Positions 36,210-50,387 are shown, numbered from the stretch's first letter. The stretch: 64,000 nt of DNA from Octopus sinensis (GCF_006345805.1 NC_043000.1:3968001-4032000), one strand, 5' to 3'. Translations and numbers: made by a program. Notes: a model not told the origin generated them from the sequence alone.

Positions 36210-38840
36210 AATGTTTCTAGCATAGGCACAAGGCCTGAAATTTGAGGGAAGGAAGAGATGTTGGAGTATATCAACCCCCAGTACTTCACTGGTATTTACT
36301 TTGTCATTGTTCCCCTGCCCCAGTAAAGAAGAAAGATTAAGGGTTAATGTTGACCTCTGAAAGATTTGAATCCAGAATGTAAGCAGCTAAAATAATTACT
36401 GCCCCCTTAACAATATGTTACTAATTTAGGCACACGGTCGACAATCTCGAGCACTAGTGAATTACCGGGGTCACCATCAACCACAGTATTTGACTGATAT
36501 TTTGATTTATCGATACTGAAGGGACAAAGGACAATGTGGAACCTGGCAGGGTTTGAACTCTGATTGTGAAGAACTGGAACAAATTACTGCAAGGCATTTT
36601 TCTCATGCTCTGGTGATTCTACTAGTTTGGCATCTTAATTGATAATTGCTTCTTCGGCATAAGGATAGCATTATTTTTATGAGAGAAGGCTAATCGATCG
36701 GTACCATTCACCCCATTATTTTGAGGGTTGGAAAGCCCAATTGATATTGGCAGGACTTGAACCAAGGCACAAAGAGCCAGAACAAATACTGTGAGACATT
36801 TTGTTGGATGCTTCTCTGATTCGATTCTGCTTCCCCATAAGTGTCTCTAACATAGGGCACATAGCTTGGAATTTAGGGTAGGGAGTTAATCAACTAAATT
36901 GACTCTGGTAATTAACTGATATTTGAATTTATCAACCTCAGAAAGGCGAAAGGCAAAGCTGGACTTGACAGAATTTGAACTGAGAACATAAAGAGCTGTA
37001 AAGATTCTGTAAGGTATTCTGTCTGCGACTCTAACAGTTCTACCAATCAATGCTTAATAATGTTAATTTGTGAAGATGGAAGTGGTTGTGGTAGTATGGC
37101 TTCTGATTCAACTCTGACAGGATAATTACTCCAATGCTATTATATACATACTCCCAACCCTGCTGTGGTATCTATACACACATACATGCCCACATGGGCG
37201 CTCGTTCATATATACAAATGTGTAGATAGGCACATACATGGACATATGGCAAAACACGTGTACGCATTAGAACAGGTAGTTATTTGAGGATGTCAAAGCA
37301 TACACTTTAGCATGCACACACACACACAGGTGCATAAGCTTGCACATAGATAAATTATAGCAGCAACAGCTCAATAACTGCAACTATAGCAGTAGTGGAA
37401 GTAATAACTAGACCAACTTTCCATAACATCAAGTGTAACAACAATAATAAGAAAGATTGCAATATCTCTCCCAACAACAACAACAACAACAACAAAAAAA
37501 TGCAACAGTTGTAATAATCCTTTCTACTTAAGGCACAAGGTCTGAAAATTGGTGAGTTGGAGGGTGACTAGTTGATTACATTGATCCTAGTGTTTCACTG
37601 GTACTTAATTTAACGACCCTGAAAGGACGAAAGGCAAAGTCGACCCTGGCAGAATTTGAACTCAGGACATAGCGACAGACGAAATACTGCTAACAATTCT
37701 TCCAGCTCACCGCCTTAACATCAGTAGTAATAATGAGGAGGAGGGAAGAGATGTTTTAATTAAGTAGAAAAACTTTAGAATTATTGGAAAGAAGGATAAA
37801 GGTGAGGTTTTATGGTATTGATGCTTTTCTCAGTGTTCATGAGAACAAAAGTGATTTCTGTTGACTATGTAGAAGTCGGAATTTTGTAGAGGTGGGCAGG
37901 GATGGTTAGTGGAGGTTAATAACCAACTGGATCACCAATAATATTTTAATGGTGCTTATTGACTATACAAGAATAAAAAGTTGTGTTGACCTGTGTAAGA
38001 TTTGAACTCAGAACAGCAAGGTACCTAGATAAGGTGGCATGGTCTGTCAAGTCTATTACATTTCTGCCTTAGCAGCCTTCGTGATGGTAGCAATGAGAAA
38101 AAAATGATGATATTAATAATAATTAACACAAGGCACAAAGCCTTAAATTGTTTTAGCTGGAGAGGACAGTTAATTATATTGACCCTAGTAAAGGTAGCGA
38201 GCTGGCAGAATCGTTAGCACGCCAGGCAAAATGCGTAACCGTATTTCGTCTGCTGTTACGTTCTGAGTTCAAATTTCGCCGAGGTCAACTTTTCCTTTCA
38301 TCCTTTCGGGGTTGATAAATTAAGTACCATTTATGCACTGGGGCCGATGTAAACGACTTAATCTCTTTGTCTGTCCTTGTTTGTTCCCTCTACGTTTAGC
38401 CCCTTGTGGGTAATAAAGAATTATATATTGACCCTAGTACATGACTAGTACTTAATTTTACCACCCTTGACAGGACAAAAGGCAGTCAACTTTGGTGAGA
38501 TTTGAACTCAGAATGTAGGAAGCTGAAATAATTACTGCAAGGCATTTTGTCAGACACCTTAACAGTTCTACCAATCCATCACTCTAATAATAATAATAAT
38601 AATAATAATGATAATAATGATAATCCTTTCTACTAAAGTCACAAGTCCTGAAATTTTTGGGGAGGGAACTAGTTGATTACATTGACCCCAGTGTTTCACT
38701 GGTACTTAATTTATTGATCCTGAAAGGATGAAAGGCCAAGTCGACCTTGGTGGAATTTGAACTCAGAACATACAGCTGCAAGAAATGCCACTGCGCTTTT
38801 TGTTCTGCATGCTAACGATGCTGCCAGCTCTCTGCATTAA
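36210..38840 (-). mobile_element. Cluster of ~9 old SINE B copies, nearly all minus strand, with one young plus-strand copy nested (38191-38420)
   Basis: Recurrent GGCACAAGGCC...GAATTTGAACTCAGAA motifs; nested copy flanked by TATATTGACCCTAGTA duplication. Confidence 0.7.
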
Positions 38841-39004
38841 AATAATAATAATGATGATGATGATGATGTTAATGATTATTTTTCCATAAAATGGAGATGA
38901 TGATGCAAGAAGTAGAACATGCACACACACACACTCTCTCTCTCTCCCCTACTCCTTTTTTTCAAACGAGTTTATTTCCTTCAAATTTTTATATAGAATT
39001 AATA

Positions 39005-39315
39005 AAATGGTTCCAGGTTCAATTCCAGTATGTGGCACCTTGGGCGAGTGTCTTCTACTCTAGCCCTGGGTCAACCAAAGCCTTGTGAATAGATTAGGTA
39101 GAGAGAAACTAGCTCATTTTATATATGTGTTTGTTTGTTTGTTTGTGTTTGTCTCAACTTCCAGTACTTGACAATCAGTCTTGGTTTGTTTTACATCTCC
39201 GTAACTTAGCAGTTTGGCATAACAGACCAATAGAATATTTGATTAAGACCCCTCAAGGCAGCGCCCCAGCATGGCCACAGTCCAATAACTGAAGCAAGTA
39301 AAAGATGAAAGATAA
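39005..39315 (+). mobile_element. SINE A, older copy
   Basis: Degenerate family A match. Confidence 0.7.
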
Positions 39316-39545
39316 ATATAATATTGTATTCATGTAATTATATTTAATTTAATTATATCAATATAATATTATAAATATAATAATATATTTATATAATTAT
39401 ATTTGATTTCATTATAACTATATAAATATAACCAATCTTAATATATTTGTACTCTAAAATTCTTCAAAATTAAGGACAACAATGAATAAAAGGAATTTTT
39501 AATCAAGAAATTATCTATATGAAGAGAATTTATATTTTGTCTGTC

Positions 39546-40054
39546 AGTCTCTCTCTCTCCCCCCTCTCTCTCTCTCCCCCCCCTCTCTCCCCCCTCTCTC
39601 CCCCCCCTCTCTCTCTCTCTCTATATATATATATATCTATATATATATTTATGTATATATATGTATGTATATATATATATGTATGTATATATATATGTAT
39701 GTATATATATATATGTATATATATGAATATATATATAATGTATATATATGTGTGTATATGTATATATATAATATATATATGTGCATGTGTATATATATTT
39801 ATATGTATGTATATGTATATATATATATATATATATAATGTATGTATATATATGTATATATATATGTATATATGTATGTATATGTATATATATGTGTTTG
39901 TATGTATATATATATATATGTGTGTGTATATGTATATATATGTGTGTGTGTATATAATATATATATATGTGAATCTATATATGTGTATATATATGTATAT
40001 ATATGTATATATGTATATATATATATAATATATATATATTATATATATATATAT
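39546..40054. repeat. (CT)n/C-rich tract followed by long (TA)n/(TG) microsatellite
   Basis: Direct inspection. Confidence 0.95.
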
Positions 40055-40253
40055 AAATAGATGAGTGTATTTTACCTTGTTAACAATTAACACAGATAAA
40101 TGAATGAATAGTTACCAGGGCAGCAAAAATCTCACAAGTAAAGATGTTGTAACTCCTTGTTTATAAAGGTTGAAACTTCGTGTTTACGTTGAATATTTGA
40201 ATAATAGGAATAAAAAATACTTGTTTAAACCTGCGTTAACTCCATTTTTTATT

Positions 40254-40302
<49 letters not shown>

Positions 40303-40427
40303 ATATCTCTATATATATGCGTATATATATATGTGTGTGTATCTATATATATGTGTGTGTGTGTGTATATATCTCTATATATATGCGTATATATATATGT
40401 GTGTGTATCTATATATATGTGTGTGTG

Positions 40428-40460
<33 letters not shown>

Positions 40461-40693
40461 AGGTAAGTAAAGTTAGCGGTTGGAGTAACTGTCTAAGGTA
40501 AAAGAAATCCATTTTACTACCGGTATAAATTACCTATGTTAACCCTGGGCATGGATATGCAAGCATACTATGCCCATTGGATACAGGTAGTAAGAGAATA
40601 AACAAGAATCAGGAATCAAATGTAAAATAAGCAGAAAATGGAGTTTACTTTCAGTAGTGAGTCCTGTTTACAATTCAAATGGACACATTATTG

Positions 40694-40906
40694 AGGCAGT
40701 GAGCTGGTAGAATCGTTATCATGCCAGGCAAAATGCTTAGCAGCTTTTCATTCGTCTTTACGTTCTGAGTTCAAATTCTGCTGAGGTCAACTTTGCCTTT
40801 CATCCTTTTGGGGTCGATGAAATTAGTACAAGTTACGTATTGGGGTCGATCTAATCGACTAATCCCCTCCACCAAAATTTCAGGCCTTGTGCCTTTAGTA
40901 GAAAGG

Positions 40907-40939
<33 letters not shown>
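40694..40939 (+). mobile_element. SINE B subtype with (TTA)n tail
   Basis: Family B head/core, ends GGCCTTGTGCCTTTAGTAGAAAGGA(TTA)n. Confidence 0.8.
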
Positions 40940-41074
40940 GAGTGAGAGAGCAGTGCATGCCATCAAAGTGACACTGGGGTAAAATATACAAAGCCCTATC
41001 ATGCTTAGCCATCTGATAAGGGTACACCAGGCACATGCATCACAACCATATTTGTGTGACATGGTGATCTCGTA

Positions 41075-41331
41075 TCTTGTGAAAGGTAGGAGAGTCCAGT
41101 TTGCTGGACATTGTTGTAGAGCTGAAAAAGAAGTAATTTCTCCTCTTCTCCTCTGGAAGCCATCTACTCGCAATACCAGAGGACGCACACTCTCCTACCC
41201 TGATGTAATCTCCAGGGATACAGGCATCCAGCAACAGGACCTCCGTAATGCCATGATGGACCGTGAAGTCTGGCGTAGCATGGTAAATTCCATTGTCTCG
41301 ACCACGGTCGAACAATGATGAATGATGATGA
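41075..41331 (+). mobile_element. RTE/RTEX-group LINE 3' end, (GAT)n tail
   Basis: RRVQFAGHCCR...LLLWKP...RGRTLSYPDVISRDTG....LRNAMMDREVWR, typical RTE-group ORF2 C-terminus. Confidence 0.8.
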
Positions 41332-41414
41332 TCAAGATAAACAGTGCATGACCTTACAGACGGGGGCCCAGTTAGAATTTTCTTCAGCTTACTACCTAAT
41401 AATAATAATAATAA

Positions 41415-41627
41415 TATTGGTTTCAAATTTTGGCACAAGGCCAGTAATTTGGGGGGAGGGGGTAAGTCAATTACATCGATCCCAGTGTTCAATTGGTACT
41501 TATTTTATTAACCCCCAAAAGGATGAAAGGCAAAGTTGATCTCGGTGGAATTTGAACTCAGAATGTAAAGATGGAAAAATGCTTGGCAGCATTTTGCATC
41601 TCACTGTAAAGAATCTGCCAGCTCACA
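41415..41627 (-). mobile_element. SINE B
   Basis: Reverse complement of family B. Confidence 0.75.
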
Positions 41628-42473
41628 GAATAATAATAATAATAATAATAATAATAGTTTCTAATATCAATTGTTTCCAATGTAACCACAAGATCAGAAA
41701 TTTGGTGAGGTGAAGCTAATCAGGATTGACCGTGGCAGGTTTTGAGCTTAGAGCACAAAATGTAGAAAGAAATACTGCAAGATATTTTGTCTGATGCTTC
41801 AGCATTTCTGTCTATTCACTACGAGTAATCCTTCTGATACCAACCTATCTGAGACCACCTTTGGTCCTTTGAATATAAACTCCCGTTTTAAAGTGGTTTT
41901 AATTAACCTATTAACAACCAGTGTCCCATTTTGGGACAGAGATTTAAATTTAATATAAATATTATAAAGAATTATGTGTTCTTTTGTTATATACTTCATA
42001 TTTACCGTATTCCCAATTTACCATTAAAATTAGCATATATGCTTTCATAATTAGGGAGAAATATGATCAAAGAACTTTTCAAAGCTAAGAAAATGTAAAA
42101 ATTTACAAATAATATTCATAGTTGAATCATAGCTTTCCATCAGAGATTCATGTTAATTTGTGTTCCATATACCAACTTAATAAATTCTCAATTATTTTCA
42201 AATATTAATTGAAACAAAGGCAATGCGTTTCATTAGAGATTTAGCAACAAAGGGGTTAATAATTGTTTCTGATTTTGGCACAAGGCAAACAATTTTGATG
42301 GGGGTTGAGGTAGCCAATTACATTATCTTCAGTACTTGACTGGTACTTTATTTTATCAACCCCAAAATGATGAAAGGCAAAGTTCACCTTGGTACAAACA
42401 GAACTCAGAAATTTGAAATAATCACTATTAATTATTTATATTTTAATCATAAACATTTATGTAACATACTTAA

Positions 42474-42694
42474 CCCTTTCATTACTGCATTTATTTTCAG
42501 ATGCCCTGTGTTTCTTTCAATTACTTTAAATATAACAAAAAAATTAGTAAAATAACTTGGTTATCATTCAGCTAGTGTTAGGAACATAAATTGTGACTAA
42601 GGTATGGTAGAAGATTTTAATTCAGAACTTATAAAAACAAGACATTTGTACTACAGGGCCAGAGGCAGTTTCAGATGGGTTGGTAACGAAAAGG
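42474..42694. mobile_element. piggyBac-type MITE, family 2
   Basis: TTAA|CCCTTTC...GAAAAGG|TTAA; inverted copy at 46180-46400. Confidence 0.8.
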
Positions 42695-43129
42695 TTAATG
42701 CATCAGGCAAAATTTTTTGTGAATTTTATTCTGGCTATTTATGTCCTAAATTCAAATTCCAATGGGGTCAACTTTGCCTTCCTCCTTTCAAAATCAATAA
42801 AATAAATACCAGTCATGTACTGGGGTTGATGTAACCAATTATCCCTCTCACCCAACCAAAATTTTTTGTCTTGTGCCTAAAGGGTTAATGTAAATGCTTT
42901 GTGGAAAGGCAAATTTACTGCAGTATTTCTTCTGAGATAACATCACTTATGGATGTGCTGTATCGGAGGGAGACGATGGCATAACATTTGCCCATTCATT
43001 GGTTGGAGAAGTAAACACTAAATCATTCAGTAATTAGATCAATATAGATTAAGCATTAATTAGTACAATATAGGTTTGTTATTTTATTGTTGTGGGTGTG
43101 TTGCCCCTGAACCAAAACCACTCTTTCTC

Positions 43130-43950
43130 TCCAAGGTCCCACTCCCTAACAGTTTTGAGGTCTTCTATTTGTAACTTGACATCACATGAGAGCTGGTCAT
43201 TGTATGTCATCTGACACGAGAATTTCCATGGTTCAGGATCCACAAAAGGAGCTCACTCACTAATTCACCTTTTCTTTGATAGCAGTGACCAGCATATCTT
43301 GTCTTCTGCTCTCCGATAATTGATGATGTTTTGGGGGATGTTTCCATAAAGCTCTTCTTTCATTGGATTTTGTTCCCAGGATTTGTCGAGAACAACCTGC
43401 AGCATTCATGTACAGGTCCTATCAAGCTTGCTTTCTATCCTTTTTGTCGGAGTTCAAGGTGATGGACCTTAAAGAAGAACTGATTCTACTATAACTCTGA
43501 AGAATTCCCTTTTCGTCTGGTCAGGCAGTGTAGATTTACTTTTACTTGTTTCAGTCATTTGACTGTGGCCATGCTGGAGCACCGCCTTTAGTCGAGCAAT
43601 TCGACCCCGGGACTTATTCTTTGTAAGCCCAGTACTTATTCTATCAGTCTCTTTTGCCGAACCGCTACATGACGGGAACGTAAACACACCAGCATCGATT
43701 GTCAAGCAATGCTAGGGTGACAAACACAGACACACAAACACACACACACACACACATATATACGACTGGCTTCTTTGAGTTTCCATCTACGAAATCCACT
43801 CACAAGGCTTTGGTTGGCCCGAGATGCCATGCAGTGGGACTGAACCCAGAACCATGTGGTTGGTAAGCAAGCTACTTACCACACAGCCACTAATTCGTCC
43901 AGTGCAGTCCATGCTTTTTCAGTGGGTGAGATATCACTTTCAAGATAAAT
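43130..43950 (-). pseudogene. Old RTE/RTEX-group ORF2 remnant split by SINE A (43536-43891)
   Basis: Minus strand KAWTALDE / LPDQTKREFFRVIVESVLL*G / KSWEQNPMKEELYGNIP / RYAGHC / VSELLLW with stops. Confidence 0.75.
43536..43891 (-). mobile_element. SINE A
   Basis: Family A consensus. Confidence 0.88.
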
Positions 43951-44132
43951 GATAAGGGAAATACAGATTAAGCATTAAATAATTAGTGAAATGTAGACAA
44001 ATCTTAAGTTATTACTGAAATAAACCCCAATCATTTCAGTAATTTGGAAAATAAACATGTATGTCTAATAATTAATGACATAACAGTAACAAGTTGTTAA
44101 TTACTGAAGTAAACACTTATTATTAAATATAT

Positions 44133-44509
44133 TCTTTTACTTGTTCCAGTCATTTTGACTGTGGCCATGCTGGAGCACTGTCTTTTAGTCTAAGAAATTG
44201 ACCCCTGGACTTGTTCTTTGTAAACCTGGTACTTATTCTATCTGTCCATTTTGCTGAACTGCTAAGTTACGGGGATGTAAACACACCAACATCAGTTGCC
44301 AAGCTATGGTGGGCGAGCAAATACAGACACAAGTACACAAATATATTCATATATATTTACGATAGGCTTCTTTCAGTTTCCATCACAAGGCTTTGGTCAG
44401 CCCGAGGTTATAGTAGAAGACACTTGCCATAGGTGCCACACAGTAGGACCGAACCCTAAACTATGTGGTTGGGAAGCAATCTCCTTACCACACAGCATAC
44501 CTGCACCTA
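44133..44509 (-). mobile_element. SINE A
   Basis: Family A match. Confidence 0.8.
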
Positions 44510-45149
44510 TACAGTGAAAAACTACTAAATTCATAGAATAATAAACACTAATCATTTAGTAATTAGTGAGGTAAATACTATTAATAATTAATAAAATAAA
44601 CACTAACCATTAAATAATTAATGAAATATACACTGATAATTAAGAAATTAGATCTTTTTTTTTTGTTTTGCCGAATGTTCTTTTTATGATGTGGTGAAAC
44701 ATAGCAACTGGATAGGTGGTAGGGGCAACTACGATGAATTTATTTCAATTTCTAGGCTCTCTAGATTATATTTACAATAGGAAATGAACTTCACAGCAAC
44801 ACTGTATAACTGACAAATAGTTTGTTTGCTTGTGTGAACAAAAAACACTTGTTGATTACACAGTGCTCCTGTAACTTACTACTACTACTTTACCTGGTGG
44901 TGATGGTGACTGGGGATGCTACTGATGGGAATGGAAAATGACAATATCGACAGCGGTCATTATCTTTATCATGATGATGATAATGATGATGATGGTGGTG
45001 GTGGTGGTGGTAGATGTTAGTAAAGTTTGACAGATAAATAATTTTCCTCGCAATTTCAATCAACAGTCAATCAAGATTCTGAGAGACGAAAGATAAAATA
45101 ATTAACAATCTAATTTTTTCTTCTAATTACTTGATGATGAAGGAGAAAG

Positions 45150-45318
45150 TCATCACCATTACTGACACCTTCATCACCATCGCCACCACCACCACCATTA
45201 CTTGTACTACTATTACCACTACCACCATTACTTGTACTACTATTACCACTACCACCATTACTACTACTACTACTACTACTACCACCATTACTTGTACTAC
45301 TATTACCACTACCACCAT

Positions 45319-45357
<39 letters not shown>

Positions 45358-45365
45358 TACCACAC
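45150..45365. repeat. Compound (ACC/ACT)n trinucleotide repeat with a 30-bp higher-order unit
   Basis: ACCACCATTACTTGTACTACTATTACCACT repeated. Confidence 0.9.
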
Positions 45366-46179
45366 TAATGGTAAGGACTCAAACTGAAGCACATTCTGCA
45401 TTCAGATCTGGCTGCAGTTGACTTTGCTAATTCATGATCAGCCATTCTAGTAACTGCTGTTACTCCCCTAGTTTAACCCCCCTCCTCCTCCTCCTCCTTC
45501 CCTCCCCCTCCTCTATCTCCGTGTTGCTTGTTTTGTTTAGCATTAGTATTTGTTTTTGCCTCTTTCTTCTGGTCTTGTATATTTTCAGTTGTATGTGTTT
45601 GTGTGTGTTTGTATGTGTGTGTGTGTGTGCACGCTTGCATGTCAGTCATACTTACTCTCCTCTGTATCAAGCATTAAAATTAATCTTATTGTTTGATCTC
45701 CCCCCATTTCATACAAATCATCATCATTGTCATCATCACTACCAGTAGTTATTACCATTACAGCTACCACCACCACCACCACCACCAGCAATAAAGGAAC
45801 CTCTGTGTCACTCAATCTATTGAAAATAGCCTGATCTCCCTCATAGCACTCCTCCCATCTTAAAAAAAAGAATAAACACATATTGGACAGTGGTTTCTGG
45901 GTTATACTGAGGTTTGAATAACAGATGAGGTTGTCATGGCTAGAATGCCATTGATTGAAAATCTGCTTAATTAGAACTGATCTGGTGCTAATCATTACCA
46001 CCACCACCACCACCATTACCAACAGCAACAACAATAGCAATGTTTTTTTCCCTGCTCAACGGGGTTGGTCAGGCCTGTTATACATCATATCACAAATCAC
46101 TTTTGTCATTAAGTCAATTCTTGTGTAATGTCCACCTGGTCATTGTGATGATAATGGCTGTTCTTATTTTACAGTTTTA

Positions 46180-46400
46180 CCCTTTCGTTGCCAACCCAGC
46201 TGAAACCGGCTCTGGCTCTGTAGTACAAATGTCTTGTTTTCATAAGTCTTGAATTAAAATCTTCCACCAAACCCCAGCCACAATTTATGTTCCTAACACT
46301 AGCTTAGTGATAACTGAGTTATTTTACTAAATTCTTTGTTATATTCAAAATAATTGAAAGAAACACAGAGCCTCTCAAAATAAATACAGTAACGAAAGGG
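46180..46400. mobile_element. piggyBac-type MITE, family 2
   Basis: TTTA|CCCTTTCGTT...AACGAAAGGG|TTAA. Confidence 0.8.
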
Positions 46401-46471
46401 TTAATATCCTCTCAAAGTGCTCCATCCTATCTCTTTTGCTGGCAGCCAATTTACATCTACTGTTCAATATG

Positions 46472-46861
46472 TTCTTTTATTCTTTTACTTGTTTCAGTCA
46501 TTTTACTGAGGCTCTCAGTTTTTAGCTGAAGAAATTGGCCCCCCAGGACTTATTCTTTGTAAGCCTAGTTACTGCTAAGTTACAGGTACATAGGCACACC
46601 GACATCAGTTGTCAAACAACAGTGGGGGCAAACACACACACATAAATATGTATATACATACACACACACATATATATGTGTGTGTGTGTGTGTGTGATGA
46701 GCTTCTTTCGCTTTCTGTCTGCCAAATCCTCTCACAAGGCTTTGGTCGGCCCAAGGCTATAGTAGAAGACACTTGCCCAAGGTACCACACACACAGAGGA
46801 CTGAACCTGAAACCATGTGGTTGGGAAGCAAGCTTCTTACCACATAGCCATACCTCCACCT
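46472..46861 (-). mobile_element. SINE A
   Basis: Family A match. Confidence 0.8.
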
Positions 46862-47065
46862 ATATATATATATATATATATATAAAGTTAATCCAAACAA
46901 GAAAACACAGAAAAAAAGAGAAAAAAAAACACAGCAACGCAGGACGTGGAACAATTACACATGTCTGTGTGTGTGTGTGTCCACCATCACTGCTTGACAA
47001 CTGGTGTTGGTGTGTTTACATCCCTGTAAAAGAATAAAGTAAAAGAATAAAAGACAATATATAAT

Positions 47066-47248
47066 ATCATCATCATCGTTTAACGTCCGCTTTCCATGCT
47101 AGCATGGGTTGGACGGTTCAACTGGGGTCTGGGAAGCCCGAAGGCTGCACCAGGCCCAGTCTTCTCTGGCAGTGTTTCTACAGCTGGATGCCCTTCCTAA
47201 CGCCAACCACTCCGAGAGTGTAGTGGGTGATTTTATGTGCCACCGACA
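47066..47248 (-). mobile_element. Family C repeat
   Basis: Family C motifs. Confidence 0.8.
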
Positions 47249-47596
47249 CATAAATATATATATGGCATATGGAAGATGGAATATATTATTAATCATATAT
47301 TAATCATTATTAATTCATTAATCATGACAATTGTTTCTACACATCTAGCATTGATCCCCCTTGAGTTGGACACTCAACAACTCTTTCAGAAGCATCCAGC
47401 AGTGCAGATGTATCTTGTTGGGTGATAAATAGATACAACTCATTAAAATAACAGTTCCACAATGTAGCTTCTTGTTTTGTAGAAAGAGAAACAGCCAAAC
47501 AAAAGAAATATCTTCATTTATATAGAAGATCAAAAATAAAATCATAGATGGGAAAAAAAGAGAAATGAACACACAATACAGTGAGAAAAGTATAAC

Positions 47597-48337
47597 TTTA
47601 TATATATAAAACTGAGAATGTGTGTCTGTCTGTCTGTGTGTTTCCCTAAAACTTGAGAACTACACCACCAATTTCATTCAAATTTCACACATGCCTTACT
47701 TAGGGTCCGGGGAGTGTCATTGGCAAAAACATTTTTTAACTTTTTGCCTAGGGCAAGCCCACAGCAATATCATATCTTCTCCACTACGATTCCCTAAAAC
47801 TGAGAACTACACAACCAATTTCATTCAAATTTCACACATGCCTTACTTAGGGTCCATGTAGTTTCATGGCAAAAAAAAATGTTCAACTTCTTGCCTAGAG
47901 CAAGCCCATAGCAATATCATATCTTCTCCACTATTTCAGTAGTACGTGTTAAAAGTGAAACAAGAACGTTTCTCTATTTTATGTCAGATACTTTCACTTT
48001 AACAATAAAAATAATAATAACAATTGAATTATATGTTGTAAATAATAATTAAAATCAAACTAAAGTGTAATATAATCGTAACATAACAAAAGTAAAAATA
48101 GCAATTGGTATAAAATTGCATCAATGATTTGAACTTGAATAAGTGGTTTCACATGAATGGGAATAAATTAAAAATAAAATTCTGCACGCTATATACACAT
48201 ATATACATGCATTAGCACTATGACCCGGCAACGACGGGTCTTTAATGTTAGTCTATATATATAAAGATGAGAATGTGTGTCTGTCTGTGTGTGTGTGTGT
48301 CTGTGTGAATCCCTAAAACTTGAGAACTACAAAACCA
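47597..48337 (+). mobile_element. Second non-autonomous Helitron family: one complete copy plus a head-to-tail partial copy
   Basis: 5' TATATATATAAAACTGAGAATGTGTGTCTG; hairpin GACCCGGCAACGACGGGTC at 48222-48240, ends TTAG at 48251; new 5' end TCTATATATATAAAG at 48252; internal ~150-bp duplication. Confidence 0.75.
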
Positions 48338-48489
48338 AAAAGAAAACGCACAAAGATTTGATTTATACACATAATAACTGGACTGAATTATTGAATTTGG
48401 AGACATACAATTATAAACATTAAATCAAAATAGATAATTGTGGCTGTGAGGGCTTGTTATGTCAGCGATTGTGGGCCTGTTGTGAAGCA

Positions 48490-49036
48490 GTAAAAAATAT
48501 GTTATGAATTGGTGATATTAATTCATTGAAGGACAGGTTTTCTTCTTGCTGCTTGTCCATAATACCCAAGCTTATGCAGATATGTAACACGTTCTTTGAC
48601 TAACTTCTAGCTGTTTTGCAATGTCAGAAACCTTCAAACAGGGTTTGTTTTCCACAATTCTCTTCAAACAGCGAGGCTTCCTTTCTGAGGGCCCAGGTCA
48701 GCCAGGATAAAAATCTATTGATTTTTTCCCTTGGTTTTTGAATTGCACTATAATTCTATTAACTGTACAAGAGGAATTTGAAGATTTTTGGCAATTTTTC
48801 GCTGGCTAAGACCAGCCTCAGATTGCCCCGCAATATGAGCCCTTTTAAAATCTGACGATTGTGCTGAATTTTTTGCGCATGGCATGGGTTACTCTTCGCA
48901 AATGTTTGATATAATGGCACCGGGAATGAAAAAGAATAATTACATTGTAAATTCTACACTGCTGAAAACATATTAAGTTACTTAGATCAGAAATTTTGAA
49001 AATTAAAGGTGTCTATTTACTTCCTGCATGTCTGTG
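48490..49036 (-). pseudogene. Tc1-like transposon 5' remnant (N-terminal HTH region, one TIR)
   Basis: From 48885: MPCAKNSAQSSDFKRAHIAGQSEAGLSQRKIAKNLQIP.../LGYYGQAARRKPVL with frameshifts; TA|CACAGACATGCAGGAAGTAAATAGACACC-type terminus. Confidence 0.75.
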
Positions 49037-49042
49037 TATTTA

Positions 49043-49044
<2 letters not shown>

Positions 49045-49092
<48 letters not shown>

Positions 49093-49099
49093 TATATAC

Positions 49100-49145
<46 letters not shown>

Positions 49146-49462
49146 TTATATGCATAAATATATATGCATATATACATATTTATATGCATAATATATATGC
49201 ATATATATATATATACATATTTATATGCATAAATATATATGCATATATTACATATTTATATGCATATATATATGCATATATATATATATTATATATATAT
49301 ATATAATATATATATATACATATTTATATGCATAAATATATATGCATATATACATATTTATATGCATAAATATATATGCATATATACATATTTATATGCA
49401 TAAATATATATGCATATATACATATTTATATGCATATATATGCATATTTATATACATATATA

Positions 49463-49504
<42 letters not shown>

Positions 49505-49505
49505 C
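49045..49505. repeat. (TA)n with a ~32-bp AT-rich minisatellite
   Basis: ATACATATTTATATGCATAAATATATATGCAT repeated. Confidence 0.9.
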
Positions 49506-50025
49506 ATAAATATCAGTAGGATACTTAGTTATCTTTCAGTATTTTCCTTTATATCGTAAATTTAATTGAAACAGCAATAAAAAGGATTAAAATTACGACC
49601 AATTCAAAGAACTACTTTGTAGGAGATTATCATATTAAGGAACTTAATATATATTTCTACATTATTGGTTCCAACAGACATGGTTTTTCAAATTGTTTGC
49701 ATAGTTTTTTTTTTGTTTTTGGTTTTTTGTTATTCTGTTAAAAATCATCAAAGCAAACCAGCATCAGACCATCATTTATTGAACAGATTTTAAACAATTT
49801 TTATATGGTTGAAAAACATTGATGAATTTATCTGTTTATCTTTTGAAGTCTACCAAATGGTTTTGGAATTAATAGTAGGAGCGAATTGGAAGTAGTTCCT
49901 CAGAGCTTCAGCAGACCTATGAAGTAGAACAGAGACAATCCCATATACTGGAAATGTCTGCAATTAAATTGAGTATACTTTGGAGAATTTTAAACGAGAA
50001 AGTATCAAGTGTGGTTTATTGGGTA

Positions 50026-50387
50026 TCTTTTATCTTTTGCTCGTTTCACTCATTGACTGCAGCCATGCTGGAGCACCACTTTGAAGTGTTTAGTCAAGCA
50101 AATCGATCCCAGTACGTTTTTTGTTAAGGCTGGTACTTGTCCTGTTGGTCTCATTTGCCGAACTGCTAAGTTATGGGTTGTAAACAAACTAACACTGGTT
50201 GTCAGGCAGTGGTGGGTCAGACAAACACACACACACACACATGATGGACTTCCACTTGCCAAACTCACTCACAAGGCATTGGTCAGCCCAGGGATACAGC
50301 AGAAAACACCTGCCTGACATACCTTGTATTGGGACTGAACTTGAAACAACATGGTTACAAAGCAGGCTTCTTTACCACCCAGCCATG
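50026..50387 (-). mobile_element. SINE A, older copy
   Basis: Degenerate family A match. Confidence 0.7.

Noticed and set aside
45131-45421. Thr-rich mucin-like ORF
   Set aside because: Pure trinucleotide repeat, open in several frames and on both strands.
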